Shown here: in pieces, positions 45,002 to 54,905 of the stretch | How the letters are laid out: every line of letters starts with the position of its first letter | How positions within the stretch are numbered: the first letter of the stretch is position 1 | From: an uncultured Thermomicrobiales bacterium | GTDB taxonomy: Bacteria; Chloroflexota; Chloroflexia; Thermomicrobiales; UBA6265 | Assembly: GCA_902806325.1 (NCBI GenBank) | Contig: CADCWE010000179.1 | Location: forward strand, 4,124 to 68,123 | Reading direction: 5' to 3' | DNA length: 64,000 nucleotides | Notes under the pieces: model-generated | What the model was told of the DNA's origin: nothing | The model's input: only the letters and a program-made list of their open reading frames with translations | The model's database searches: none | Translations under genes and position numbers: made by a program

Positions 45002-46351
45002 TCAGCGTGACCGGACCGCCAGCCCGTGCGGATCGGATGTGACCGCCCCGTCGGCGCCGAGGTGGACGATCGGTGCCACCCCGACCAACTCGCCCGTGCG
45101 ACCGTCAGGTCCGACCCGTGCGACGCCGAGCCCAGGCGAGGAGCCGACGGCGTTGTTCGCCCCCTCCACGTTGGCCGAGAGGGGCACGGGACCGCGCAGG
45201 GCCATGAAGACCCAGTCCCCGTCCGGCGAGGCGGCGATCAGGTCCGGGGCCGGATCGGCCGAGAACTCGCCGGCCAGATCGATCTCGGCGACGACCTGGT
45301 CGGTCGCGACCTCGACGACGATGATCCGGTTGCCGGCGCGGTCGGCGACCCAGACGTAGGCGTCCCCGTTGACCAGGACGCAGCCGTGCGTATCGGTCCC
45401 GGTGTGGCTGTAGTGGAAGATCTCGGTCGGGGCCGGCGTGTTGGGCGGGCTCGGCGCGGTCGAGAAGGCAGCGACCTCGAAGGCGTAGAGGTCGGCCGCG
45501 AAGGGGGATAACGCCGTGCCGCCGCTGGAGTTGAGGTAGAGCGTGCCGGCCGTCTCGGCCCCGACGCAGCCGTTGGGGCGGATGGTGGCGGCGTCGTACT
45601 CGGCGACGATCGCCATTGGCGTTGCCAGGCTATCGACGACGAAGAGACCGCCGCCGCGCAGAGTCACGGCCGTGAAGCGCGCGTCGGCGGTGACGACCGG
45701 GCAGGCCGGGGCGTTGTCCGGCCGCAGGGTCGGATCCTCGCAGGCCGCGCCGCTGGGGGTGGTGCAGATGGCGAGGTCGAGGGTCGCCGCGTCTTCCAGG
45801 GCGAAGATCCCGGCCGCGTAGTCGGTCCGGATGCGCTGCAAAAGCTTGCCGTTTTGGTTGGCGACGATGACGTAGGACTCATCCGGCGCCGGGTAGGCGG
45901 CGTGGGCCTGCTCCCCGACGTCGCGGCACGCGACGGGGGTCCGCGATGCCGCGTCGATGAACAGGACGTGCCCGGTGGCGACGAAGGCCACCACGGCGTG
46001 GGTTTCGCTCGCGTTGACCATCAACATGTGCGGGCGCTTAGGGGCGGTGCCGGTCTGGGCCAGGCAGAGCGCCCTGGCCTCGCCGCCCAGGTCGACGACC
46101 TCCGGCTCGGCGGTGGCGGCCGCCGTTGTCAACCCGGCGCTGGGGTAGACGTACAGCGTGCCGCCGCCGTCGGCGGTCGTGTCCGATTGGTCCATGACCC
46201 AGACTTCGAAGGACGAACGGGCGAATGCGGCCTGCGCCGAGGCATCCGAAGGGGACCCGGCGCCTCCAATCCCGACCGAGAACGCCAACGCCAGCGGCAA
46301 AGTAACGGTGACGACAACCAGCGACAGGCGGGCCAACGAGAGCGGGTTCAT
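45002..46351 (-). CDS. Secreted beta-propeller protein (YVTN/YncE / cytochrome-d1-like repeat family)
   Basis: Signal peptide MNPLSLARLSLVVVTVTLPLALAFS. Repeated blade-like segments include VWVMDQ, HAVVAFVATGHVLFIDA, YVIVANQNG, GGLFVVDS, YVWVADRAGNRIIVVEV, SPDGDWVFMALRGP. Confidence 0.65.
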   Translation of the reverse strand: MNPLSLARLSLVVVTVTLPLALAFSVGIGGAGSPSDASAQAAFARSSFEVWVMDQSDTTADGGGTLYVYPSAGLTTAAATAEPEVVDLGGEARALCLAQTGTAPKRPHMLMVNASETHAVVAFVATGHVLFIDAASRTPVACRDVGEQAHAAYPAPDESYVIVANQNGKLLQRIRTDYAAGIFALEDAATLDLAICTTPSGAACEDPTLRPDNAPACPVVTADARFTAVTLRGGGLFVVDSLATPMAIVAEYDAATIRPNGCVGAETAGTLYLNSSGGTALSPFAADLYAFEVAAFSTAPSPPNTPAPTEIFHYSHTGTDTHGCVLVNGDAYVWVADRAGNRIIVVEVATDQVVAEIDLAGEFSADPAPDLIAASPDGDWVFMALRGPVPLSANVEGANNAVGSSPGLGVARVGPDGRTGELVGVAPIVHLGADGAVTSDPHGLAVRSR

Positions 46352-47172
46352 GGTGAGTCCTCAAGATCCGCGAGACGGGGCCGGCGATCCGGCGCACCGG
46401 ACGAGTGGACGGTCACGCCGCCAGGTCGCGGATTGACGTCCGCCCGGATCGGAGTCGGTCTCGGGGGATCGCCGGCCGTTCTTCGCATCGGAGGGCCGAG
46501 TCAGCATCGCGTGGGATGGTCTGCCCCCCGTCGAACGCCCCGTCGTTGCATCGCCGCGGTGTGTCCGTCGCGGTACCGTGGCCGCGAGTCGGGTGGCCGG
46601 GCACGAGCGGCGCGCTCGCTCGAGCGGCGAGGCGTTGCTGTCGGGAGTCCCGCAGCTCCGCGGCCAACTCATCGTCGTACGCCGCATCCGTCGGCGACCT
46701 CGTCCCAAGGGCGGCGAGGTCGTGTTTGTTCGAACGTGGGAACTAGTGGCTGTCGTGCGCGAGACCACCGCCGCCGCGCAGCGCCGCTCCGGTCACTCGG
46801 AGCCGGTTGCCGACCGCGGTCACCGCCACGTACGAGGGTCGACGCGATGCGGCGGGTACGCTGCCAGTCGACCGGAGCGGCCCGAACCGGTCGGCGTCTG
46901 CGACCCGCGTCCGATGCTCGGCGATGCGTGCGTTTGCCGTGACCAAGTCCAGGTCTAGGGTCATCGTGGTGTCCTACCTCCATGGGTAGTTGGGTGGTGG
47001 CTGCCCCGCGTTGGGTGGTCTCCACGGTAGATCTATGGACTGCCCGGTTCATCGGTACGAGTACCCTGTTTGGCCCCGGTGCGGTACTCAATCGCGCGCA
47101 CGATGTTGCCACGCCGCCGCTGGCCCGGGGGGACGCGAGGCCGAGGGCCGGCGATCTGGCGGCGGCGGTCGG

Positions 47173-49674
47173 TTAAGGCGTCGTGGGATCATCGGGCTCG
47201 ACGAGCCCGGCGGCGATGGCGGCGCTGACGGCCGCGGTCCGCGTCCGGACGCCGAGCTTGGCGAGGATATGGGCAACGTGGCGCTCGACGGTGCGGACAC
47301 TGAGGAAGAGCGTCTCGGCGATCTCGCGGTCGGCGCTCCCGGCCAGGAGCAGGCCGAGCACCTCGTGCTCGCGCGCCGAAAGCGTGACGGCGGCACGGTC
47401 GAGCGCTCCCGCGGCAGCAGCGGGTGGGGACATGCTCCGCACCTCCGCCGTCGCGCTCGCCACCGTGAGCCCGCGCCCAACCGCCCAGGCAGCTTGGAGG
47501 TCCTGCTCTCCCAACGCCGCGCGGGCGACGGCCAAGGCGCGCTCGTGCGCCGCCCGGTCGGTCGGGACGACAAACGTGCCGCCGAACTGCTCCCGCAGCG
47601 CCTCCGCGGCGCCCAAGAGCCGCGCGGCCCGCACCGGCTGATGCCAGGCCGCCGCCGCCAGCGCCGCCCCTTCCAGGGCGTCGACGACGACGCGCAGATC
47701 CCCCCGCTCGCCCAGCAACCCCAGGCACTCGCGATAGAACGTCACCGAGCCGGCGTAGTCGCCTTGGTCGCGCGCCACGTCACCCAGGTCGCGCAGCGAG
47801 CGGACGACGCCGATGGCGTAGCCGTGGGCGCGGCAGGTGGCGAGCGACCGCTCGTGCCGCGCCCTGGCGAGGGCGAAGTCCCCCCGGCCGTGCGCGGCGA
47901 GACCGAGGTTCGCGAGCACCATCCCGGTCACGGACGCGGCGACGATCGGGTCCTCGATGGCCGCCGCTTCGACGAGCGCCTCCTCGAGCACGCGCTCGGC
48001 ACGGTCGTGCGTCCCGCGGTCGATCGCGATCCCGCCTCGCCGGAGGAGCGCCATGGCCAGGGTTTGCGCGTCGTCGTTCTCGCGCAGAAGCGCGACCGCC
48101 TCGACGATGAGGCGATCCGCGCGCTCGGTCTCACCCTGGAACGCCAGCAACCACGCCAACCCGACGAGCGCCCGGGCGCGCGCGGACCGGTCACTTCGCG
48201 GGTCGGACGCCAGCGCGCGGTCCAGCCAGATGCTCCCTTCCCGATAGTGGCTGTGGCCGTACCAGAACCCGCCCAGCGCGGCAGCCAGACGAAGCAGGCG
48301 CCCGCCGTCGGTGCGCCGATCGAGCCAGCCGAGGGCCGCGCGGAGGTTGCCGTGCTCGGCATCCAGGCGCCGCAATGCTCGCTCGCCGTCCGGCAGGATC
48401 CATGCCGACTGGCTTCCCTCCGCCAAGGCCAGGCACCAGTCCGCGTGTTCGTCACCGACGGCGTCGCGCTCGTTCTTGGCGACGAGTTGCTCCAATGCAA
48501 ACGCCCGAATGGTCTCCAACATGGAAAAGCGCGCCTCAGGTGCCCCCGCTTCCTGCCGCACCAGGCTCTTGTCCACCAACGATGAGACGAGGTCGAGGGT
48601 CGGGGGCCGGGGGCCGAGAGCAGAACCATCGCTCGTTCGAATCGTATCGCTCGACGCTCGACTCAGGGACTCGGCCGCCGCCAAGGGAAAGCCGCCGACG
48701 AAGACGCCGAGGCGCCGAAACAGGATCCGCTCGTCGTCCGTCAGGAGGTCATAGCTCCAGGCGACGGCGTTGTCCATCGTACGCATGCGATCCGGCGCGT
48801 TCCGCGGAGCGGCGACCGGCAGCGGCAGTCGCTCCTGGATCCGGGCCAGGAGCGCGGCGGGCGGGAGGACGGCGCTTTGCGCGGCGGCGAGCTCGATCGC
48901 GAGGGGCAGGCCATCGAGGCGCCGGCAGATGGCGGCCACCAGCGGAACGGTGGTCTCCGTCAGGACGAAGGCCGGGTTGACCGCGAGGGCGCGCGCCGCA
49001 AAGAGCCGGACCGCCGCCGATCCCATCAGGAGTTCGAGCGTGTCGCGCTCGTCGGTGCCGGGCAGGTCCAACGGCGGGACCGGGAAGGCGTGTTCGCCGG
49101 GGACCCGCAGAAGTGCCCGGCTCGTCGCCAGCACCTTGAGGTGGGGGCAGGCCGCGAGCAGGTCGCTCACGAACGGGGAGGCGGCCAGGACGTGCTCGAA
49201 CGTATCGAGGACGAGCAACGCCTCCGCGTCGCGAAGGGCGACCAGCAGGGCGTCGCTCGCCGAAATGCCGCGGGTCTCCTGGACGCCGAGGGAGCGGGCG
49301 ACGGAGGCCGCGACCAGGCCGGCGTCGGGAACGGCGGCCAGTGGAACGAAGCGGACCCCGTCGGCGAGCGTGGGCATGGCCTCGCGGGCGATCTCCAGGG
49401 CGAGGTGCGTCTTGCCGATGCCGCCGGCGCCGGTCAGGGTCAGGAGGCGGACATCGAATCGGCGCAGGAGCGCCCGGACCGCCGCGACCTCGCGCTCGCG
49501 GCCGATCAACGGCGTGAGCGCCCGCGGCAACGGGGCGAACCGGTGCTCGCCGCCGCGCGGCGACGACCGCGGGGGGGAACGCTGGTCGTGGAGCGGCGAC
49601 AGAGCGGAAGCCATGAGGTTCTCCCGGAGACCGTCCGGTATCGGTCGCCCCAGGGGCGACCGCTGGCCGGTCAT
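47173..49674 (-). CDS. STAND-type transcriptional regulator: NB-ARC ATPase, TPR array and C-terminal LuxR-type HTH
   Basis: Walker [14 protein letters not shown], Walker [16 protein letters not shown] signature [14 protein letters not shown], long TPR-like helical repeats, and the Lux[49 protein letters not shown]. Confidence 0.85.
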   Translation of the reverse strand: MTGQRSPLGRPIPDGLRENLMASALSPLHDQRSPPRSSPRGGEHRFAPLPRALTPLIGREREVAAVRALLRRFDVRLLTLTGAGGIGKTHLALEIAREAMPTLADGVRFVPLAAVPDAGLVAASVARSLGVQETRGISASDALLVALRDAEALLVLDTFEHVLAASPFVSDLLAACPHLKVLATSRALLRVPGEHAFPVPPLDLPGTDERDTLELLMGSAAVRLFAARALAVNPAFVLTETTVPLVAAICRRLDGLPLAIELAAAQSAVLPPAALLARIQERLPLPVAAPRNAPDRMRTMDNAVAWSYDLLTDDERILFRRLGVFVGGFPLAAAESLSRASSDTIRTSDGSALGPRPPTLDLVSSLVDKSLVRQEAGAPEARFSMLETIRAFALEQLVAKNERDAVGDEHADWCLALAEGSQSAWILPDGERALRRLDAEHGNLRAALGWLDRRTDGGRLLRLAAALGGFWYGHSHYREGSIWLDRALASDPRSDRSARARALVGLAWLLAFQGETERADRLIVEAVALLRENDDAQTLAMALLRRGGIAIDRGTHDRAERVLEEALVEAAAIEDPIVAASVTGMVLANLGLAAHGRGDFALARARHERSLATCRAHGYAIGVVRSLRDLGDVARDQGDYAGSVTFYRECLGLLGERGDLRVVVDALEGAALAAAAWHQPVRAARLLGAAEALREQFGGTFVVPTDRAAHERALAVARAALGEQDLQAAWAVGRGLTVASATAEVRSMSPPAAAAGALDRAAVTLSAREHEVLGLLLAGSADREIAETLFLSVRTVERHVAHILAKLGVRTRTAAVSAAIAAGLVEPDDPTTP

Positions 49675-52100
49675 GCCGGCGTGGAGGGACCGGGCGCCGC
49701 AAACCCGGCGTCGATGGCGGCGCGGACGGCCGCCGTCCGCGTCCGAACGTCGAGCTTGGCGAGGATATGGGCGACGTGGTGCTCAATGGTCCGTACGCTG
49801 AGGGCCAGCGCCTGGGCGATCTCGCGGTCGGGGTGCCCGGCCACGAGCAGGCGGAGGACGTCGACCTGCCTCGGGGTCAGGGATCCGAGCCGCGGGCTGA
49901 CCACGGCCCGCTCTTCGACACCGGCGGGCCGCTCCGGCGGCGCAAGGGCCTCCGCGACGACCTGGGCCAGCGGCAGCGCCCGCCCGGCCGCCCAGGCGGT
50001 CGCGAACGACGCCTCGCCCAAGACTGCGCGAGCGGCGGTCGTCCCCTGCTCATGGGCCGCTTGGGCCAGCGGGTCCCGCATCGTAATGCCCGTGGTCTCG
50101 CGCAGCCGTTCCGCCGCCGCGTACCAGCGCGTGGCGGTCAGCGCCTCGCGGGCGGCCGCAGCCGCCCACGCCAGGCCCTCCAGCGCGTCGGCGATGGCCC
50201 GCCGCTCGTCGCCGTCCCAGGCCAGCGCCAGGCCGTCGCGGTAGCACGCGGTTGCGCGGTCCAGGTCTCCCTGACTGCGCGCGACGTTGCCGAGGTCGAC
50301 GAGGGACAGCGTCTCTCCCCAACTGTTCCCGGCCGCCCGTCGCTCCGCCAATGCCTCCTCGTGGTAGGCCATCGCCGTCGCGAGCCGGCCCTGACCGTGG
50401 ACCGCCGTGCCGAGGTTGGCGAGGGCCGAGCTCGCCAGCGCCGTCGTCTGGCGCGGATCGACCATGTTCCGTGCCACGGTCAGAGCGTTCCAGAAGTGGG
50501 CCGCGGCCAGGTCGTAGTCCCCTCGGACCTGGGCCACCGCGCCACGCGCGATCAGCGCGCGGGTGGTCTCCACAGGATCGTCGGCCGCGAGCGCGAGCGA
50601 ATGGCTTTCCACCGCCAGGCGGTCGGCCTCCGCGAGGTCGCCCCGCGTCACCATCATCAGGCTCAACAGGCCCGCCATCTTGGCTTGGGTCGGGGTCGGC
50701 GCCGCGGCCGGCGTCCGCACCCGGCCCAGCCAGGTCAGGCCGTCGCGCAGGTATCCGCGGATGAACCAGAACCAGGCCAGGGCGCCGGCGAGGCGAGCGA
50801 TGTCTGCCTCCGCGCCGGTCTCCGCCAGCCAGCCGAGGGCCGCTCGCAGATTGGCGTGTTCGGCATCAAGGCGGTCGAGTCGACGCCGGTCGCCGGGGAG
50901 GGACGGCTCCGCTTGCCACCGCTCGGCAAATGCCAGGAAATACGCGGCATGGGCCTGGACGGCGGACTCCGCTTCGCCGCTCGCCGCCAGCCGTTCCGCC
51001 GCGTATTCGCGGATCGTCTCCAGCATCCGGTAACGCGCCGTCCCGTCACCGTCGAGCTCGTTCCGCAGCAGACTCGCCTCGACCAACGCGGCGATACCGT
51101 CGAGAGTGATCGGTGCCGCGTCATCAGTGCTCGGGTCCCCGCCCCCGTTCCCTGTCACCCACTCGGCGGCCTCCAGGGTGCAGCCGTCGGCAAAGACGGA
51201 GAGGCGGCGGAACAGGGCTTGTTCCCCGGGCGAGAGCAGTTCGTAGCTCCAGGCGATCGCGTTGCGCAAGGTGCGGTGGCGGTCCGGCCGATCGCGTGCG
51301 CCGCCGGTGAGCAGCGGCAGCCGGCGTTCGAGCCGCGTCAGCAAGGCCGCCGGCGGCAGCACGGCGACCCGCGCCGCCGCCAGCTCGATGGCGAGCGGCA
51401 GCCCGTCCAGGCGCCGACAGATCGCCGCCACGACGGTAGCCTGCTCCGTCGACAGGACGAAGTCGGCCTGCACCGCCCGCGCTCGCTCGACGAATAGCCG
51501 GATCGCCTCGTACGCCGCCACCTCCGCCAGGACCGGATCGTCGGTCGCCGGCGGGTGCGCCAGCGGCTGGACGACGACGCGGTGTTCCCCGGAGACGCGC
51601 AATGCGGTGCGGCTGGTCACGAGCATCTTGAGTCCGTCGCAGGCGCCGAGCAATTCGGTCAGGAGCGGCGCCGCTTCCACGACCTGTTCGAAGTTATCAA
51701 TCACCATCAGCAGTTGCCGGTCGTGGAGGAAGGCCACCAGGTCCTCCACCACCGGGCGGTCGCCGCGCTCGCGCAGCCGCAACGCCCGGGCGATGGTCGG
51801 TCCGACGAGCGCGGGGTCCCGAACCTGCGCGAGCCCGACGAAGACGACGCCGTCGGTGAAGTCCGTCGCCATCCCGGTTCCGACGGCCAGGGCGAGGCGC
51901 GTCTTGCCGATGCCGCCGGGGCCGGTCAGGGTCAGGAGGCGGACGTCGGGGTCTCGCAGTCGTTCCTGGACGATCTCGATCTCGCGCTCGCGACCGATCA
52001 GCGGCGTGAGCGGGACCGGAAAGGGGTTGAGCTCGTCGCGGGCGCCAGGCAGCAACGTGAGGGATTGCCGGACCAGATCCGGTGACGGCGAGTGAGCCAT
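49671..52100 (-). CDS. STAND-type transcriptional regulator: NB-ARC ATPase, TPR array and LuxR HTH (paralogue of the downstream gene)
   Basis: [83 protein letters not shown]. Its stop overlaps the next start (ATGA at 49671-49674). Confidence 0.85.
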   Translation of the reverse strand: MAHSPSPDLVRQSLTLLPGARDELNPFPVPLTPLIGREREIEIVQERLRDPDVRLLTLTGPGGIGKTRLALAVGTGMATDFTDGVVFVGLAQVRDPALVGPTIARALRLRERGDRPVVEDLVAFLHDRQLLMVIDNFEQVVEAAPLLTELLGACDGLKMLVTSRTALRVSGEHRVVVQPLAHPPATDDPVLAEVAAYEAIRLFVERARAVQADFVLSTEQATVVAAICRRLDGLPLAIELAAARVAVLPPAALLTRLERRLPLLTGGARDRPDRHRTLRNAIAWSYELLSPGEQALFRRLSVFADGCTLEAAEWVTGNGGGDPSTDDAAPITLDGIAALVEASLLRNELDGDGTARYRMLETIREYAAERLAASGEAESAVQAHAAYFLAFAERWQAEPSLPGDRRRLDRLDAEHANLRAALGWLAETGAEADIARLAGALAWFWFIRGYLRDGLTWLGRVRTPAAAPTPTQAKMAGLLSLMMVTRGDLAEADRLAVESHSLALAADDPVETTRALIARGAVAQVRGDYDLAAAHFWNALTVARNMVDPRQTTALASSALANLGTAVHGQGRLATAMAYHEEALAERRAAGNSWGETLSLVDLGNVARSQGDLDRATACYRDGLALAWDGDERRAIADALEGLAWAAAAAREALTATRWYAAAERLRETTGITMRDPLAQAAHEQGTTAARAVLGEASFATAWAAGRALPLAQVVAEALAPPERPAGVEERAVVSPRLGSLTPRQVDVLRLLVAGHPDREIAQALALSVRTIEHHVAHILAKLDVRTRTAAVRAAIDAGFAAPGPSTPA

Positions 52101-52452
52101 GCCGTCATCCTCACGAGCGCGTGGTGGCGACCTCCGCGCGGTGCGGTGCGGGTTCGAGCGAGGGGCGGGGCGGCCGGAGACGGCGGGGAATCAGGGTGTG
52201 CCTGGGTCGCACTGGACGCACGCCAAGGTACACCGGCGAACCAAGGGTGTCAAACCCCGCCGCGCGGCAGCGACGCCGGTCGTGGCGGGCTGCTGGCGAT
52301 CGACGACCTCTCCAGCGCGCTGGGCGCCGAGGCGAAGCGCGGGCTCACCGTCGGGCGTCCAATGGGCGGATCGGCGACGGTAGACTCAGCGGCGAGGAAC
52401 GACGGCCACGCTCGATCGCGGGCCCACGGACGGCGCCGGTGTTACGGCCGCC

Positions 52453-52908
52453 AACCTCCCCTACGGCAAGATCCTCTTCGGCGCCTTCCGGCGCCTGGAC
52501 GAGGACGAAGGCATCGGCCACGACGAGGAACGGGTGGCGCCGGCGGTGCTGGCCGGGATCGCCGGCTGCCTGGCCGGATTGTTCCCGGTCCTGCGAGACT
52601 GGGTCCGGGTCGTCCGCGCCTGGGCCGGGATCATGGGCGTCACCGCCGACGGGCTGCCGCTGATCGAGAGGACGCCCGGAACCCGTGGCCCGTTCCTGAC
52701 GGCGGGCTTCAACGGCGGGGGCTTCTCCTGGGCGGCGATCGCCGGCCGGGTCGTCGCCGACCTGGTTTGTGGGCGCTCCCCGGGCTTCGACCTGGCGCCG
52801 TTTCGGCCGGGCCGGGTCGCGGAGGGCGGCACCGCCTGGAGCAACCCGTTCACCGCCGGGAAGCGGAGCGCGGTGGTCGGGGCGCCGGCGCTGGCGGGCC
52901 CGGGCTGA
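52453..52908 (+). pseudogene. 3-prime fragment (copy B) of the DAO-family oxidoreductase gene at 42591-43820
   Basis: It translates to NLPYGKILFGAFRRLDEDEGIGHDEERVAPAVLAGIAGCLAGLFPVLRDWVRVVRAWAGIMGVTADGLPLI...GFNGGGFSWAAI...NPFTAGKRSAVVGAPALAGPG-stop. This is collinear with residues ...PDGKILCGGFRRLDDDEG... to the stop of the intact gene. It includes a 58-nt perfect match (52538-52595 = 43450-43507). There is no N-terminal half and no start. Confidence 0.85.
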
Positions 52909-52995
52909 CGAAAGGGTTCGGGCGGAACCAAGGGCGAGCCGGCATGCCCGTGGCCATTGCTGGCGCGATGGGGATGGCCGAGGGCCGCCGGCCCG

Positions 52996-53547
52996 TCAGC
53001 GAAAAAGCACGGCGACGGGGAGGCGGAAGCCGGGCACCACGTCACCGCCGTCCAATTCTTCGGTCTCGAGCAGGGTCAGCGGCCCGCGTCCGGCGGCGTA
53101 GGCGACGACCGCCCGGCGGCGGGGGAGGACGAGCCAGAGCAGCGGAACCCCGGCCCGCTGGTAGAGTTCGATCTTCTCCGCCACTTCGTCGAAAGGGTCG
53201 TTCGGGGAGACGACCTCGACGGCCAGGTCGGGCGGGTAGGGCGCGATCTTCCAGCGCTCGGCCTCCGGGCGCAGCCGGTCGGCGCGGACGAAGGCGACAT
53301 CGGGGATCAGGATCCTGTCCGGCTCACGGAGCACGATGAACTGGGTGTCGGACGGGTAGATTCGACCCAACCCGTGAGCGAAGACGTGCGAGCCGAGCGG
53401 GACGGTGATCTGGATCTCGATCTCTCCGTGGCGCATGCTCACGCCGGGTTTCTCCCGCGGCTCGTCGCCGATCAGTTCCAGGCGCGCACCGGCGCTGCCC
53501 ATCCGTTCGACGTCGGCGGCGGTGAACGGGCCGGTGATCGTGGACAC
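52996..53547 (-). CDS. Uma2-family (DUF820) PD-(D/E)XK endonuclease
   Basis: MRHGEIEIQI..., IPDVAFV, PDLAVEVVSPND, KIELYQRAGVPLLWLV. These are typical Uma2 motifs. GTG start at 53547. Confidence 0.8.
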   Translation of the reverse strand: MSTITGPFTAADVERMGSAGARLELIGDEPREKPGVSMRHGEIEIQITVPLGSHVFAHGLGRIYPSDTQFIVLREPDRILIPDVAFVRADRLRPEAERWKIAPYPPDLAVEVVSPNDPFDEVAEKIELYQRAGVPLLWLVLPRRRAVVAYAAGRGPLTLLETEELDGGDVVPGFRLPVAVLFR

Positions 53548-53644
53548 GGCGTTCGCTCCGGTCGAAGACGGTCCCGGCGGTCACCGCGCTTGGCGAGTCC
53601 GCGCCAAGATCATAGCATCGCCACCTTAACCGGCGATTGCGCGC

Positions 53645-53721
53645 GATCGTCTGGGGCAACCCGTTCACCGCCGGGGAGCGGAGTCGTCGTCGGGACGCCG
53701 GTGTTGGCGGGTCCGAATTGA
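53645..53721 (+). pseudogene. About 75-bp remnant (copy C) of the extreme 3-prime end of the DAO-family oxidoreductase gene
   Basis: tggggcaacccgttcaccgccggggagcgg...ggcgggtccgaattga aligns with tggaccaacccgttcacggcgggcgagcgc...ggcggggccgtcctga (43751-43820). It carries a 1-nt deletion and keeps the TGA at the equivalent position. Confidence 0.7.
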
Positions 53722-54035
53722 AGGGCGATCCGGTCCGCAAGGTTGAACGTGGCGACCCGGCTCGGGCCGTCCGGTGCCAACGCGGACCGGTTGAGACCGC
53801 CGATTAGGATCAGCACGGCGTTGATGCGATCTCCCGTTGAACCCGAGGACGTGAACCGCCGCGGACGTTCGCATCCGTGCCGCGCTTGCGGTTCTGGCCA
53901 GGCGGCGCACGATCGGACGCCCCGCAATGACTCGGGCCGCCGTCGCCTCCAACTCGTCGGTTGGTTCGGTGGCCCGGTGCGGGCGATCGCGCTGGTCGGA
54001 ACGGAGGTCGCGAGGGCGCGGTCGGTCGCTTGCGA

Positions 54036-54851
54036 CTACCCCTCGATCCGCGCCAGGTACCGCGCCGCCGATCGCCGGACCGCTCCCTTCGCGTCCGGCG
54101 TAACGACGTGGTCGGGCCAACTGCCGTAGAGGACCTCGAACGGGTAGGGTTCGACGGCGGCGGCGATGCGACGGATCGCGACCGGGCCGAGCGGGATCAG
54201 GTTGGGGTAGCTGTAGAGGAAGCTGACCCAGCGGCGGTCGGCCACCACCATGATCGTGTCGCCGGTCAGCAGGGCGCCCGCGCCGTTCGCGCCGCCGGCC
54301 CAGTGGAGGACGCAACTGCCCGGAAAGTGGCCACCGCAGCGAATCAAGGTCAGGCCGCTGCCCGGCAGCACGTCGGCGCTGTCGCCGTCCCAGAAGCGGA
54401 TCGCCGGGTCGGGGCGGGTCACCCACTCCTGGTCGTCGGCGTGCAGCAGGACCGGGATGCCGCCGAAGGCGCGGCTCCACTCGGCGATCCCGGTGTAGAG
54501 GTGCGGGTGCGAGACGGTGATCGCCGCCAAGCCGCCCAAGCCTTCGATGTGGGCCACGGTATCGTCGTCGATCAGGTTGACGCAATTCCAGAGCACGTTG
54601 CCGGCCGGGGTCGCGATCAGGTGGGCCTGCTGGCCAATGGCGAAACTCGGCCGGGTTACGATCCCGGTCAACCCCTCGGCGACGGGCTGGACGAGGTTGT
54701 GGCGGTCGCCGCGCAGGGCTTCCAGGGTTGTCCAGCGTTGGCCGCCGTGGCCGACGTACTGGCGCTCGTCGTCGCAGATCGGGCACCGCTCCGGCGGCTC
54801 GGCCGATTCCGGGAACTGGGCGCCGCAGGTGGCGCAGATCGGGTGCTCCAT
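54036..54851 (-). CDS. MBL-fold hydrolase-like protein with an N-terminal CxxC...CxxC zinc-ribbon
   Basis: HPICATCGAQFPESAEPPERCPICDDERQYV, then AITVSHPHLYTG...LLHADD...GGHFPG. The ATG is preceded by GAGGAG. Confidence 0.7.
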   Translation of the reverse strand: MEHPICATCGAQFPESAEPPERCPICDDERQYVGHGGQRWTTLEALRGDRHNLVQPVAEGLTGIVTRPSFAIGQQAHLIATPAGNVLWNCVNLIDDDTVAHIEGLGGLAAITVSHPHLYTGIAEWSRAFGGIPVLLHADDQEWVTRPDPAIRFWDGDSADVLPGSGLTLIRCGGHFPGSCVLHWAGGANGAGALLTGDTIMVVADRRWVSFLYSYPNLIPLGPVAIRRIAAAVEPYPFEVLYGSWPDHVVTPDAKGAVRRSAARYLARIEG

Positions 54852-54905
54852 GGGTGTCGCTCCTCGCTGGCGTGGGTGTTCTACCTGGCTCGGGCGTGGT
54901 GGTGG

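Noticed and set aside
44046-46351. Identifying the beta-propeller plus Cys-rich pair as a bona fide methylamine, aromatic-amine or quinohemoprotein amine dehydrogenase.
   Set aside because: The small protein lacks the Trp residues required for TTQ/CTQ. No mauG, mauD/E, amicyanin or radical-SAM (qhpD) genes are present. Only the heavy/light, Tat-exported architecture is similar.
46743-46964. A 73-aa ORF (MTLDLDLVTANARIAEHRTRV...) with an upstream GGAGG, in the 0.8-kb gap between the LuxR-STAND genes and the beta-propeller operon. I considered it as a small regulator or a RiPP-like precursor.
   Set aside because: The SD spacing is long (about 12 nt), there are no Cys/Ser/Thr-rich core or recognisable motifs, and no modifying enzymes are nearby. 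I keep it only as a possibility to test by conservation analysis.
47173-52100. Calling the two STAND proteins antiviral Avs-type defence NTPases.
   Set aside because: They lack an N-terminal effector domain (nuclease, protease, TIR or SIR2) and end in a canonical LuxR HTH. That is the MalT/AfsR-like transcription-regulator layout.
53722-54035. ORF 53610..53927 (-) and neighbouring frames between oxidoreductase remnant C and the MBL-like gene (e.g. GDRINAVLILIGGLNRSALAPDG).
   Set aside because: The resemblance to nucleotidyltransferase N-termini is faint. The apparent signal is split across two frames and overlaps remnant C antisense. I treat it as non-coding or degenerate.
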